A DNA stretch of 64,000 nucleotides from a virus (IMGVR_UViG_3300037423_000582:3716-67715); one strand, 5' to 3'; positions 54,150 through 62,952 are shown, counted from the first letter of the stretch. Made by a program: numbers and translations. Notes: generated by a model from the letters alone, not told the origin.

Positions 54150-56405
54150 ATGCCTAATTTGAACATGACCTCGGCAACGTATGCCGCCAGCGCGACTTCG
54201 GGCTTTGGCCAAGCCCTGACTGGTGGCTACGGGGCCACGGCCACTACCGACGTTGTAACACTGGGTTCCAGCTTCTGCGTCGAAGCTCTTGCCAGCATGA
54301 GCGCGGTTCCGGCCGCTATCAAGATCGTCGCTGCCCAATACAAAGCATTCACGCTAGGCGTGAATACTTCCGGCTATCCATATGCCACCTATGGGTTTGG
54401 CAATACGCAGGTGACGCTGACCGGCTCCTCCAGCATCTGCGATGGCACCGAACGCTGGCTGACCCTGGAGGTGGACGTCAATGGCGGCGGTAAGCTTTAC
54501 GTCGGTGCGACGGGCGGCGGTGCGGCCACGCTGGTGGCGTCGAGCACAGTCACGCCCCAGCAGGCCGGGGTGACGTATGTGATCGCGGTGGGTGCATCGG
54601 GTGTCGCCATGGACGTCGGCAGCTTCCGTAGTTCCGGCTCGACCACGAACGACTGGACCTCGGGCACGATTTCCGAAGTGGCTCTGTGGCAGGCGGTCCG
54701 TACCGTTTCCGGCGTTTACACCCCGCCGACTGCGCCTTATGCCGGGACCGAGCAAGACCTCAAGGCACTGTGGCACCTTGACGGCAATGGCACCGACAGC
54801 AAGTCGGCAAACGGTGCCACAGCAACCGGCTACACAGTGAGCTGTCCGACCGTCCTGGGCTATAACGTCGCCAACCAGATCAGTGTCATCGCGAACGGCT
54901 ATCTGGCTTCGCCTGTCGTCGTCACACTGACGGGCTCGGGCGGCTCGGGAACCGTTAGCGGTACCGCCACACTTCCTGCCGGCGCCCCGGTGCGGCAACA
55001 CATCACTTACACGCCGACTTCATCGGTCGGTTCGCGCAAGCTGACGTTCACGAACAATGGCGGGCTGGCCAACCCCGCCGTGCGCGATGCCTTCGCCATC
55101 AGTGGCGGTCGCATCGTAGCCAACAACGCGAATATCATCTACAGCCCGTATAACTGGCTGGTGGACACGAACGGCGCGAAAACGGTCAATGCAGGTGCGT
55201 ACTTCCGTACGATTTTCAACGGCACCTATGCAGAGCTGGAGTTCGACACTTCGAACAACGCCGGTCCGCTGCCGATGATTGCCTATAGCCTGGATGGCGG
55301 TCTCTGGGTACGCAAACGCATCGCGTCCTCAGTGACGATCGACATCGATCCGGCGAACTGCGCTGCGAATCACAGCCTGGTGGTGATTGTGGATGCGATG
55401 ACGCAGCAGGCAGCAGGTCTCAACCGCTGGTCCGGCACGCAGCAGGCCGGCGTCATCTTTAAGGCGATCAAGGTTTCCGGCTCGACCTCGTTGCGACTGC
55501 CCCAGCGCCGCGACAAAAATGCCATTCTGTATGGCGATTCAATTTCCGAAGGCATCAACGTTATCAGCTTTGCGCAAAGCAATGCGGTTCAGGATGACAT
55601 CGTTTGCAATAGCTCGACAAGCACCTGGGCATACGAGCTGGGCGTGCGTCTGAATGCCGAAATCGGTATCGTCGCTTTTGGTTCGCAAGGCTATACGGTC
55701 GGGGGTTCGCTTGGCGTACCGAATCTCGCCAGTGCGTATAGCTTCATGTGGAGCGGCCAAGCGCGAGACTTTTCCACTTACCCGATCGATTATGCGATCA
55801 TTTGCCACGGGACGAATGACGGCAGCGCCAACACTCAGGCCAACGGCCTGACAGTCGTCAACGCGCTGCTCGCTTCAAGTTCGAAGGCCATGGTCTTCGT
55901 ATTCCGGCCCTACGGTAGCGGCCCGGCTGGACTGCAGGCTGCCAACTTGCAAGCGATTGTTTCGGGCTGCAACGACCCGACGCGCGTACGCTATATCGAC
56001 ACCAACGGCGTCTGGAGTACTGCCGACTCCTTCGATTCGACCCATCCGGTCGCGTTCGCGCACATGGGCCTCATCATGCCAAAGGCCCTGACCCTGACGA
56101 TGAATCGAGGTGTCAGGGCGGCCCGCACGGTGACGTCGACCGTGGTCGATGCGACCGGTACGCCGCGCGCCAACTTGACCGGCCTGAAATGGACTTATTT
56201 CGACAAGCCGAATCCAAGCGCTTTCGATACCATCACGGACAGCGGAAGCGGCGCGACTACGGATGCAAACGGCGTCCTCACTCTCACGGTCAACTCTGTC
56301 CAAGGCGCGGGTGCGACCGGCTTCTTGGTGCTGTCGGACAGCGACGGCACGACGACACAAAGTCCGGCAGCGAAGGCGTTCAGTGCGCCTGTAACCCTAT
56401 CGTGA
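54150..56405 (+). CDS. LamG + Ig-like + SGNH (CE2-like) esterase protein
   Basis: LamG-like GTISEVALW...LWHLDG; SGNH blocks YGDSISEG, GSQG, HGTND, DSTHP; lower GC. Confidence 0.8.
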   Translation: MPNLNMTSATYAASATSGFGQALTGGYGATATTDVVTLGSSFCVEALASMSAVPAAIKIVAAQYKAFTLGVNTSGYPYATYGFGNTQVTLTGSSSICDGTERWLTLEVDVNGGGKLYVGATGGGAATLVASSTVTPQQAGVTYVIAVGASGVAMDVGSFRSSGSTTNDWTSGTISEVALWQAVRTVSGVYTPPTAPYAGTEQDLKALWHLDGNGTDSKSANGATATGYTVSCPTVLGYNVANQISVIANGYLASPVVVTLTGSGGSGTVSGTATLPAGAPVRQHITYTPTSSVGSRKLTFTNNGGLANPAVRDAFAISGGRIVANNANIIYSPYNWLVDTNGAKTVNAGAYFRTIFNGTYAELEFDTSNNAGPLPMIAYSLDGGLWVRKRIASSVTIDIDPANCAANHSLVVIVDAMTQQAAGLNRWSGTQQAGVIFKAIKVSGSTSLRLPQRRDKNAILYGDSISEGINVISFAQSNAVQDDIVCNSSTSTWAYELGVRLNAEIGIVAFGSQGYTVGGSLGVPNLASAYSFMWSGQARDFSTYPIDYAIICHGTNDGSANTQANGLTVVNALLASSSKAMVFVFRPYGSGPAGLQAANLQAIVSGCNDPTRVRYIDTNGVWSTADSFDSTHPVAFAHMGLIMPKALTLTMNRGVRAARTVTSTVVDATGTPRANLTGLKWTYFDKPNPSAFDTITDSGSGATTDANGVLTLTVNSVQGAGATGFLVLSDSDGTTTQSPAAKAFSAPVTLS

Positions 56406-56429
56406 CCCGGCTCGGAACAGCCGCCATCC

Positions 56430-56453
56430 AAGGCCGCCTTCGGGCGGCTTTTT
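56430..56453 (+). terminator. intrinsic terminator
   Basis: GGCCGCC-TTCG-GGCGGCT-TTTT. Confidence 0.85.
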
Positions 56454-56470
56454 CACAAGGCCAAAAAGAC

Positions 56471-56674
56471 ATGAGCGCAATCATCAAGCAATTCGGAGAC
56501 TGGGCTGTTGAACTCGCACCGGACAACGTCCCGCACACGGTCCCGGTGAACGACTTCGGCGAGCACTTCTGGGACGAATGCCCATGCCATCCGAAGCTAC
56601 TGGATGGCATGTGCGTACACAACAGCTATGACGGCCGCGAGGCGTTCGAGACCGGACGCCGCCAGCCGTCATGA
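56471..56674 (+). CDS. small His/Cys-rich phage protein
   Basis: HTVPVND..EH...CPCHP...VHNSYDGRE. Confidence 0.65.
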   Translation: MSAIIKQFGDWAVELAPDNVPHTVPVNDFGEHFWDECPCHPKLLDGMCVHNSYDGREAFETGRRQPS

Positions 56675-57072
56675 AAGGAACCAAGATGGGCTACGACATT
56701 CCGGTCTTCACGAAGCAGCCGCCGGCCAGCCCAGCCGACAAGCCGATCACGGCCCGTGAACTGAAGCGCGCCATCAAAGGCGACAGGATGACGCCGGAAC
56801 AGGTGGATGACGAAGTCAAGATCGTCGCCGGCCATCTGGCATTCCACCGCACGCGGCGGGCCCGGCTCGAACAGGAGCTGCGCGACCTGACGCGCATGTA
56901 CCGCAAGCGCCTGGACGAGATCGGCGAGGACATCGGCCAGACGCAGCAGACCATCGATGAACTCACCGTAATCCGCGCGCGGCTCTACGACCGCCGCAAC
57001 TACAACAGAAAGAAGGAACATGGACGAGAGCATCCGCCTGAAGATCCCGAAGCCACCCGAGGAAAAGAATGA
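56671..57072 (+). CDS. coiled-coil hypothetical protein
   Basis: ATGA overlap; start may be 56686. Confidence 0.6.
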   Translation: MKGTKMGYDIPVFTKQPPASPADKPITARELKRAIKGDRMTPEQVDDEVKIVAGHLAFHRTRRARLEQELRDLTRMYRKRLDEIGEDIGQTQQTIDELTVIRARLYDRRNYNRKKEHGREHPPEDPEATRGKE

Positions 57073-57190
57073 ACCGAAGAAGGCCGGGTCTGGTGTACCG
57101 GCTACGCCTGTGCCCAGAACTACGGGCAAGAAGTCGACGAAGTCGACGAAATCGACGAAGCCACCGAAGCGCTGGCAGGTGATGATATGA
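57020..57190 (+). CDS. small Lys/Pro-rich protein (tentative)
   Basis: AAGGA SD; (KST)3 repeat; stop overlaps the next ATG; alternative frames are also open. Confidence 0.35.
   Translation: MDESIRLKIPKPPEEKNEPKKAGSGVPATPVPRTTGKKSTKSTKSTKPPKRWQVMI
57131..57160. repeat. 9-bp tandem repeat x3
   Basis: AAGTCGACG AAGTCGACG AAATCGACG. Confidence 0.8.
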
Positions 57191-57444
57191 AGCCCAGGAC
57201 TGCAACCGGTAGTGCGATCCGCCGCGCGTACCGCGAGGGCCGGCAGGCGCCGCCCGGCACGCTCAACCCGTACTTTGACGGGTCGTTGCGGGAACACTGG
57301 TCACGCGGCCATCGTGACCGCTGGTTATTCGGCATGGATGCCGATGGCACGCACAAGGCCCGCGGCCTCTTGGCCGCCAAATTGCTGATCGCCATCGGCG
57401 CATCAGCTATTATTTACAGCTTCATCAACGCGCTCGGCGCATAA
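57187..57444 (+). CDS. small protein with a C-terminal TM
   Basis: AYREG...NPY...W..G ribosome-modulation-factor-like N-terminal pattern (tentative) plus a hydrophobic tail. Confidence 0.55.
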   Translation: MKPRTATGSAIRRAYREGRQAPPGTLNPYFDGSLREHWSRGHRDRWLFGMDADGTHKARGLLAAKLLIAIGASAIIYSFINALGA

Positions 57445-57464
57445 CATTGAATAGAAAGCACGAC

Positions 57465-58046
57465 ATGAGCAATTCGCAAAATCCCGCAGCTATCCTCGCC
57501 GCCCTGTTATCGGGTCTGTCCAATGGGAACGTCCGGGTCGTCGACCTGGAACTGGACCCGAGCCGCAGTTTCGACGAGCAGTTCGGCGAAATCGAGGCGC
57601 GCATTGCAGCCGCCGAGAAGGAAGCCGCCGAGCATCGTGAAGTCTGCAGCACATGCCGCGAGCTGTACGAGGCGACGCAGAAAAGGGCAGCAGCAGCCCA
57701 GGCGGATGAGGATAGAGTCGATGAGCGCGCCGCCGGTTTCAACCCGGCGCCGAATGCAGCCTACGGCATCGGCGATTTCAATGCGGAGTTGATGAAGAAA
57801 GCCGTGGAAGGTGCATCGCTGAAGGGTGCCGATACCAAGCCAGTGTTCCACGAGATCGGCTTCATGGCTTTCCTGCGCGGCAAGCCGATCCTCCAGTCGT
57901 TCCGTACCGATCGCGCCGACGTCGAGAAGGCATACCACGCCTTCGTGAACGATCCGACGGTCGTCCTGATCAACGGCATGATGGGTATCGATGTGCGCGT
58001 GGAAGCCAAGTACATCGAAATCCGCCCGGTCTACGACAAGCGCTAA
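57465..58046 (+). CDS. hypothetical protein ending VEAKYIEIRP
   Basis: GAAAG SD-like sequence; CxxC inside a coiled region. Confidence 0.6.
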   Translation: MSNSQNPAAILAALLSGLSNGNVRVVDLELDPSRSFDEQFGEIEARIAAAEKEAAEHREVCSTCRELYEATQKRAAAAQADEDRVDERAAGFNPAPNAAYGIGDFNAELMKKAVEGASLKGADTKPVFHEIGFMAFLRGKPILQSFRTDRADVEKAYHAFVNDPTVVLINGMMGIDVRVEAKYIEIRPVYDKR

Positions 58047-58093
58047 TCCACCATCTGCGGCCGCGTGCCTTCGGCACCGGCCAGGAGCATCCC

Positions 58094-58405
58094 ATGTCAC
58101 CTGTCATCCAGCGCGCCTCGAAAGCCGAGGCCGACGATTTCCCGCGCACCGACTGGTTCGGGCCCGAGACCAAGCCCACGGTGCCGGGCGAATACGAGGC
58201 CCGCACCGGCGGTGGGCATGTCTTCCGCCGCAAATGGACCGAAAAAGGCTGGATCAACTCGATCACCGGCCTCGTGTCGAACGCACCGCTCGACTGGCGC
58301 GGCGTGCAGCCATACAGCGTGACAATCGCGCTGTATCCGATGACGCTGCGCGGCCTGCTGCACGTACCGAACGATACCGCATCGCTTTCACGACCTACTC
58401 AATAA
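58094..58405 (+). CDS. hypothetical protein
   Basis: AGGAG SD; WF.PE.KP..PG.Y...W...GW...WRG pattern common in small phage proteins. Confidence 0.65.
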   Translation: MSPVIQRASKAEADDFPRTDWFGPETKPTVPGEYEARTGGGHVFRRKWTEKGWINSITGLVSNAPLDWRGVQPYSVTIALYPMTLRGLLHVPNDTASLSRPTQ

Positions 58406-58415
58406 GGAGAACACC

Positions 58416-59591
58416 ATGGCCCAAGACACCACACCCGCAGCATCCGGCATCACCGCCGCCCATCTCACCCCGGTCCAGGTACGCAGCGCGCTGGAGACCT
58501 TGATCGAACTCAAGCGTCCCGGCTTCGTCTGGGGCCCGCCTGGGATTGGCAAGTCGGACCTGATCGCCGACATCGCCAAGAAGCGCGGCATGGAGCTGCG
58601 CGACGTGCGCCTGAACCTGATGGACCCGACCGACATCAAGGGCTTCCCGGTGCCGAACGTCGAACACGGCCACATGGAGTGGCTACCGGCCGACTTCCTG
58701 CCGCACATGGAGATCGAGCGCGAAGTCCTGGTCGACAAGGATGGCCAAGTCGTCGTCGAGAACGAGGATGGCAAGCTGGTGTATGAAGACGGTGCGCCGT
58801 ATAAGCTTAAGGGTGCGCCGAAGTCCGAGATTCGCAAGGTGCCGAACGACTCGCAGGGCATCTTGTTCCTCGACGAGCTGAACCAGGCGCCGCCGATGGT
58901 GCAGGCCGCTGCCTACCAGCTGCTGCTGACCCGCAAGGTCGGCGGCTACACGCTGCCGGATGGCTGGGCCATGTTGGGCGCTGGCAACCGCGAGACTGAC
59001 CGTTCGAACGCGCAGCGCATGCCGGCCGCGCTGGCTCTGCGCCTCGTGCACATCGACATGATGCCGAGCGTCGATGATTGGTGTGCTTGGGCGCTGGAGA
59101 ATGCTGAGCAGGTGCCGGTCGAACTGCTGTCGTTCATCCGCTTCAAGTCGGACCTGCTGCACAAGTTCGACCCGAGCCGCCGTGTGTCGCCAAACCCGCG
59201 CTCGTGGGTGTTCTGCGGTCAGCTGACGAACGCCGGTCTCGATCCGGAAATTCGTCTCGCCATGATGCAGGGCACCGTCGGCGCGGCCGAGGCGTCCGAG
59301 TACGTGGCCTACCTGGGTATGTGGCAGGACTTGCCGAGCGTCGAGCAGGTGAAGCTCGATCCGGACGGCACGCCGGTCCCGGCCAATATTTCGGCCAAGT
59401 TCGGCATCATCGGCTCGCTGGCCCGTGCCAACACGAAGGATATCTATCCGCGCCTGAAGAAGTACATCGACCGTATGGATGCCGAGTGGCAGATCCTGTT
59501 CCACAAGGACGCGTTGGCGTACAACCGCGACTTCACTGGTACGCGCGAGTGGCAGCAGTTCGCCGTGAAGCACTCGCACTTGCTGGCATAA
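58416..59591 (+). CDS. MoxR-like AAA+ ATPase
   Basis: WGPPGIGKS, DVRLN, GILFLDELNQA, AGNR, ALALRL, NPRSW. Confidence 0.9.
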   Translation: MAQDTTPAASGITAAHLTPVQVRSALETLIELKRPGFVWGPPGIGKSDLIADIAKKRGMELRDVRLNLMDPTDIKGFPVPNVEHGHMEWLPADFLPHMEIEREVLVDKDGQVVVENEDGKLVYEDGAPYKLKGAPKSEIRKVPNDSQGILFLDELNQAPPMVQAAAYQLLLTRKVGGYTLPDGWAMLGAGNRETDRSNAQRMPAALALRLVHIDMMPSVDDWCAWALENAEQVPVELLSFIRFKSDLLHKFDPSRRVSPNPRSWVFCGQLTNAGLDPEIRLAMMQGTVGAAEASEYVAYLGMWQDLPSVEQVKLDPDGTPVPANISAKFGIIGSLARANTKDIYPRLKKYIDRMDAEWQILFHKDALAYNRDFTGTREWQQFAVKHSHLLA

Positions 59592-59594
59592 GCC

Positions 59595-60113
59595 ATGGAA
59601 GCGCCGAACGCCGACGCGACCTGGACCACGGCCGACGGCCGGGCACTGGTGATCAAGTGGATGGACAGTCAGCACATCGCCAATTCGATCAATATGGTCA
59701 TCCGCAAGAACAATCTGAAGAAAGTCGATGCGTCGATCATGCTGGAGCTGAGTGGCGTCGATCCGCACAAGGCGGGTCACCGAGCCTTTGCATTCATGGG
59801 CCAGGAGCTGCGCGACCGCGGGCTGTTCAGGTGGGGTTCGGAGCTGCCAACGATGGCGCCGCAGCTCGAACGCCCGGACATGCGCGAGTCGTTCGAGCAG
59901 TTGTGCCTGATCCGGGCACTGATCGATACCGGTAAGTCTTGGCCGGGCACCACGTCGTTTTATGATGCGATGAGCTGCATCCGCTATCAGTTCGAATCGG
60001 CGATCGTCAATCTCGAGAACTGCGTTCGCCGGCAGGGATTTGGATACGCGATCGCGAACGAAATTCTGGCGAAGTACATCGAGTACCGGCTGGCACCACG
60101 GGTGAACCCATGA
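59595..60113 (+). CDS. hypothetical protein, RL-motif C-terminus
   Basis: Ends ILAKYIEYRLAPRVNP. Confidence 0.65.
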   Translation: MEAPNADATWTTADGRALVIKWMDSQHIANSINMVIRKNNLKKVDASIMLELSGVDPHKAGHRAFAFMGQELRDRGLFRWGSELPTMAPQLERPDMRESFEQLCLIRALIDTGKSWPGTTSFYDAMSCIRYQFESAIVNLENCVRRQGFGYAIANEILAKYIEYRLAPRVNP

Positions 60114-60361
60114 CGCGCGAGTTGCCGTCCTGTCCGGTCGTCGAGAACGAAGTACAGGCCATCGCGCTCGGCAAGGCGCTGGCCAAGGTGCTGCACTTCG
60201 ACGAGCTGTGGGTGCTGAAGGTCTTTCGCGGCACCGTCAATACCTACCAGACCGGGCCCGAAGTTCTGAACAACGAGCTGCAGTCGATGTGGGCCGACGG
60301 GCTAACCGGGGATGAGCGCGAGCGCATCCTGGCCGAGTATGTCCTCGCGAGGCTGACATGA
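60110..60361 (+). CDS. hypothetical protein, RL-motif C-terminus
   Basis: Ends ILAEYVLARLT. Confidence 0.65.
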   Translation: MTRELPSCPVVENEVQAIALGKALAKVLHFDELWVLKVFRGTVNTYQTGPEVLNNELQSMWADGLTGDERERILAEYVLARLT

Positions 60362-60570
60362 GCACACCACCGGAGCTGACCAGCAGGGAAGCGAAGCAGG
60401 ATCTTCTCACGGCCGTAATGGATATGACCGGCGTCGTACTTCTGGAACTTAACAGCCTGAATATCAATGCGGCGAACCACTGGCTGGTTCATAAATGGGA
60501 CATCTACTTCACGCCCGAGCAGCAGGAAGCAATCCTCGTCGAATTTACGATGCGGAGGTTGACGAAATGA
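60358..60570 (+). CDS. hypothetical protein, RL-motif C-terminus
   Basis: Ends ILVEFTMRRLTK. Confidence 0.65.
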   Translation: MSTPPELTSREAKQDLLTAVMDMTGVVLLELNSLNINAANHWLVHKWDIYFTPEQQEAILVEFTMRRLTK

Positions 60571-60606
60571 GGGCGCCGTACCGTCTAACAAAATAAAGGA
60601 GTTGTG

Positions 60607-61467
60607 ATGAGCGCACTACAAGAAAAAGCAATGCTGGTCGGCCTGTCGATCAGCGCCTGGACCGCCAGCAAGAAGGACAACAAGGCCAGCGAATCCGCCA
60701 AGGCACAGGCTGGGGCGAAATCGTCGGCCGGCTGGTTCAACAAGCGGCTGGTCGATCCGGCCGCATTGCAGCCGATCAGTAAGCTGGAGGGCCGCATCCG
60801 CGACTTCCACTATCGCTATACGCTGCCGTGGTCCGACAATGGCGACCGTGTGTTGCCCGGTGCCGCGTACATGGACTACATGGACGGCCTGCGCAAGCTG
60901 AAAACCGAGTTCGAGAACGAGGTGGCGAAGTTCGTCGCCGATTACCCCCAGCTCGTACAGAACGCGCGCGAGATCCTGGGCGCCATGTACGACCCGAGGG
61001 ATTACCCGACGGCCGAATCGATCGCTGCGCGCTTCTCGGTCAACACGACATTCTCGACCGTGCCGGACGCCGCGGACTTCCGCGTCGACGTGGGCGACGA
61101 GGCGGTCGCGGCGATCAAGCAGAATATCGAGCAGAATGTCCAGCAGCGCCTGCACGGCGCCACACGCGAGTGCTGGGATCGGCTGCACGAGGTTGTGGGC
61201 GCGATGGTGATTCGCCTCGCCGATGATCAGGCCGTGTTCCGCGATAGTCTCGTCGAGAACATCGAGACACTGGTGCGCATCCTGCCCAAGTTGAACATCA
61301 CGAACGACCCGAAGCTCAACGCGGTGATGGCCAAGATCCGCGATTGGCTGATCGTTTCGCCCAACAGCCTGCGTGCGTCGCTCGATTTGCGCCGCAAGAC
61401 GGCCGACAAGGCTGCGGAAATCCTGGCGGAGATCGGCCCATGGATTACGCCGACGACGACGCCGTAA
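60607..61467 (+). CDS. DUF3150-like protein
   Basis: SAWTASKKD...KRLVDP...TLPW.D.G.RVLP...FV.DYP...RF.V pattern; typical neighbour of MoxR/DUF2201 genes. Confidence 0.7.
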   Translation: MSALQEKAMLVGLSISAWTASKKDNKASESAKAQAGAKSSAGWFNKRLVDPAALQPISKLEGRIRDFHYRYTLPWSDNGDRVLPGAAYMDYMDGLRKLKTEFENEVAKFVADYPQLVQNAREILGAMYDPRDYPTAESIAARFSVNTTFSTVPDAADFRVDVGDEAVAAIKQNIEQNVQQRLHGATRECWDRLHEVVGAMVIRLADDQAVFRDSLVENIETLVRILPKLNITNDPKLNAVMAKIRDWLIVSPNSLRASLDLRRKTADKAAEILAEIGPWITPTTTP

Positions 61468-61748
61468 GGCGTTATGAGATGTGGGAGATGGCGCTGATCG
61501 CACTGCACGGTGATGCCGATTCGACGATAGAAGCAACCGGTACTCTGGGCTGGGTGCATCTCGGAACGCTGCTTGGCGATTCGTCGATCACGCGCATGAA
61601 GCGCGAGGCGCTGATCAACGCGGCACGGATCGAAGGCGACGCACATCTTCCACGCATCCAGAAGGCGTTTCCGGGTATCGACATCGTGCCGCTGGTTCAG
61701 GCGTTGCGCGTGAAGTTCGTCGAGATACGGCTGAGAGTCACGCGATGA
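61440..61748 (+). CDS. hypothetical protein, RL-motif C-terminus
   Basis: GGAG SD; ends LRVKFVEIRLRVTR. Confidence 0.6.
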   Translation: MDYADDDAVRRYEMWEMALIALHGDADSTIEATGTLGWVHLGTLLGDSSITRMKREALINAARIEGDAHLPRIQKAFPGIDIVPLVQALRVKFVEIRLRVTR

Positions 61749-61960
61749 TTCCGGACAGCGAGGAGGTGCACGAGATCGCGCTGGCCATGTCGAATGCCGC
61801 GCTACACATGCGCGACTCTGACGTGGTGCAGTTCTACTCTCTGCATGGTATCGACGGCCTGTGGCACCTTGCAATCGACATCGTGGAGCAAGGTCCGCAG
61901 AATAATATGGAGCGTCGTATCATCGCCGAGGCCATGGTCCGGCGCCTGGAAAGGAAATAA
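61745..61960 (+). CDS. hypothetical protein, RL-motif C-terminus
   Basis: Ends IIAEAMVRRLERK. Confidence 0.6.
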   Translation: MIPDSEEVHEIALAMSNAALHMRDSDVVQFYSLHGIDGLWHLAIDIVEQGPQNNMERRIIAEAMVRRLERK

Positions 61961-62205
61961 TGGACAAGGAGATGAAGATCGTCGTGAAGGCCGCGATCAA
62001 GCGCGGGTGGAAGCTGGTCACGGGTGGCAGGCATTACGTGCTGAAGCACCCGACCGGCATCAAGGTCCAGGTATCGATGTCGCCGTCGGACAAGAACGCC
62101 CATCGGCAGCTGGAGCGCCGGCTGCGCTACAGGGAAAAGGAAATCGCAAATGCCCACTGTGAGGGAAATGCTGCTGGCGGTCCGTGCCGATCAAGCTGCG
62201 TATGA
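61960..62205 (+). CDS. HicA-like (dsRBD-fold) protein
   Basis: RGWKLVTGGRHYVLKHPTG..VQVSMSPSD; AAGGA SD. Confidence 0.65.
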   Translation: MDKEMKIVVKAAIKRGWKLVTGGRHYVLKHPTGIKVQVSMSPSDKNAHRQLERRLRYREKEIANAHCEGNAAGGPCRSSCV

Positions 62206-62425
62206 TGCGTGGCGCACGGCGATCGAATACCTGGCATTCGGTGTCGACCAGGATATGCTCCTGCCTGAGTGCATCATCGATGCGATCAGCGACGAGGTGG
62301 ACGGCACACCCGCGCTTCTGTACGGGTCGCGTGCCGCGACGCTCGCAACGCTGTATATGCTCGGCTATGGCAAGTACCGCGACATCGTCACGGCGAAGAT
62401 GGTCGAGATGAGGTTGATGCCATGA
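62150..62425 (+). CDS. hypothetical protein, RL-motif C-terminus
   Basis: AAGGA SD; ends VTAKMVEMRLMP. Confidence 0.6.
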   Translation: MPTVREMLLAVRADQAAYDAWRTAIEYLAFGVDQDMLLPECIIDAISDEVDGTPALLYGSRAATLATLYMLGYGKYRDIVTAKMVEMRLMP

Positions 62426-62790
62426 ACTTAGCGGATAAATGGCGGGCGATCATCGCTGCGAAGAAGCAGGGCGGCGAGATCACCTACAACGGTGACAAGG
62501 TCTATGTCGGTGGCCGCTGCGTGTATTCGCCGGACGCAGTCGAAGACCAGGAGCTGTTCACCGACGACGAGGAGACGCGGCTATGGGCCTATGCCAGCGC
62601 GCTCGACGAACTGGCCGAGGAGAACCCGTGCTACCACTCGAATTACAACCTGTGGCAGCACTGGAACAAGCGGATGCGGCTGTGGTGGATCGGCGTGATC
62701 GAGAAGCAGGCCCAGGATGGCAAACAGACGATCGGCGTGGACGTGGTCTTGCGTGCGGTCGAGATACGACTTTCAAGGAGCAGGGAATGA
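62422..62790 (+). CDS. hypothetical protein, RL-motif C-terminus
   Basis: Ends VVLRAVEIRLSRSRE. Confidence 0.6.
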   Translation: MNLADKWRAIIAAKKQGGEITYNGDKVYVGGRCVYSPDAVEDQELFTDDEETRLWAYASALDELAEENPCYHSNYNLWQHWNKRMRLWWIGVIEKQAQDGKQTIGVDVVLRAVEIRLSRSRE

Positions 62791-62951
62791 GAACCTTCCC
62801 CAATGGAATATACATCGGTCGGTATAAGGGAGTGAACTTCTACACTACCGGTGGCACCATCCAATGTCTGTTCGGATGGATGCCGATGGAGTTCAGTTCG
62901 ATCCATGCGTTTAAATGTGCCGTTACTCGGCGTGAAAAAGAAGAGGACTGA
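62787..62951 (+). CDS. small hypothetical protein
   Basis: AAGGAG SD; ATGA overlap; lower GC. Confidence 0.5.
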   Translation: MRTFPNGIYIGRYKGVNFYTTGGTIQCLFGWMPMEFSSIHAFKCAVTRREKEED

Positions 62952-62952
62952 C

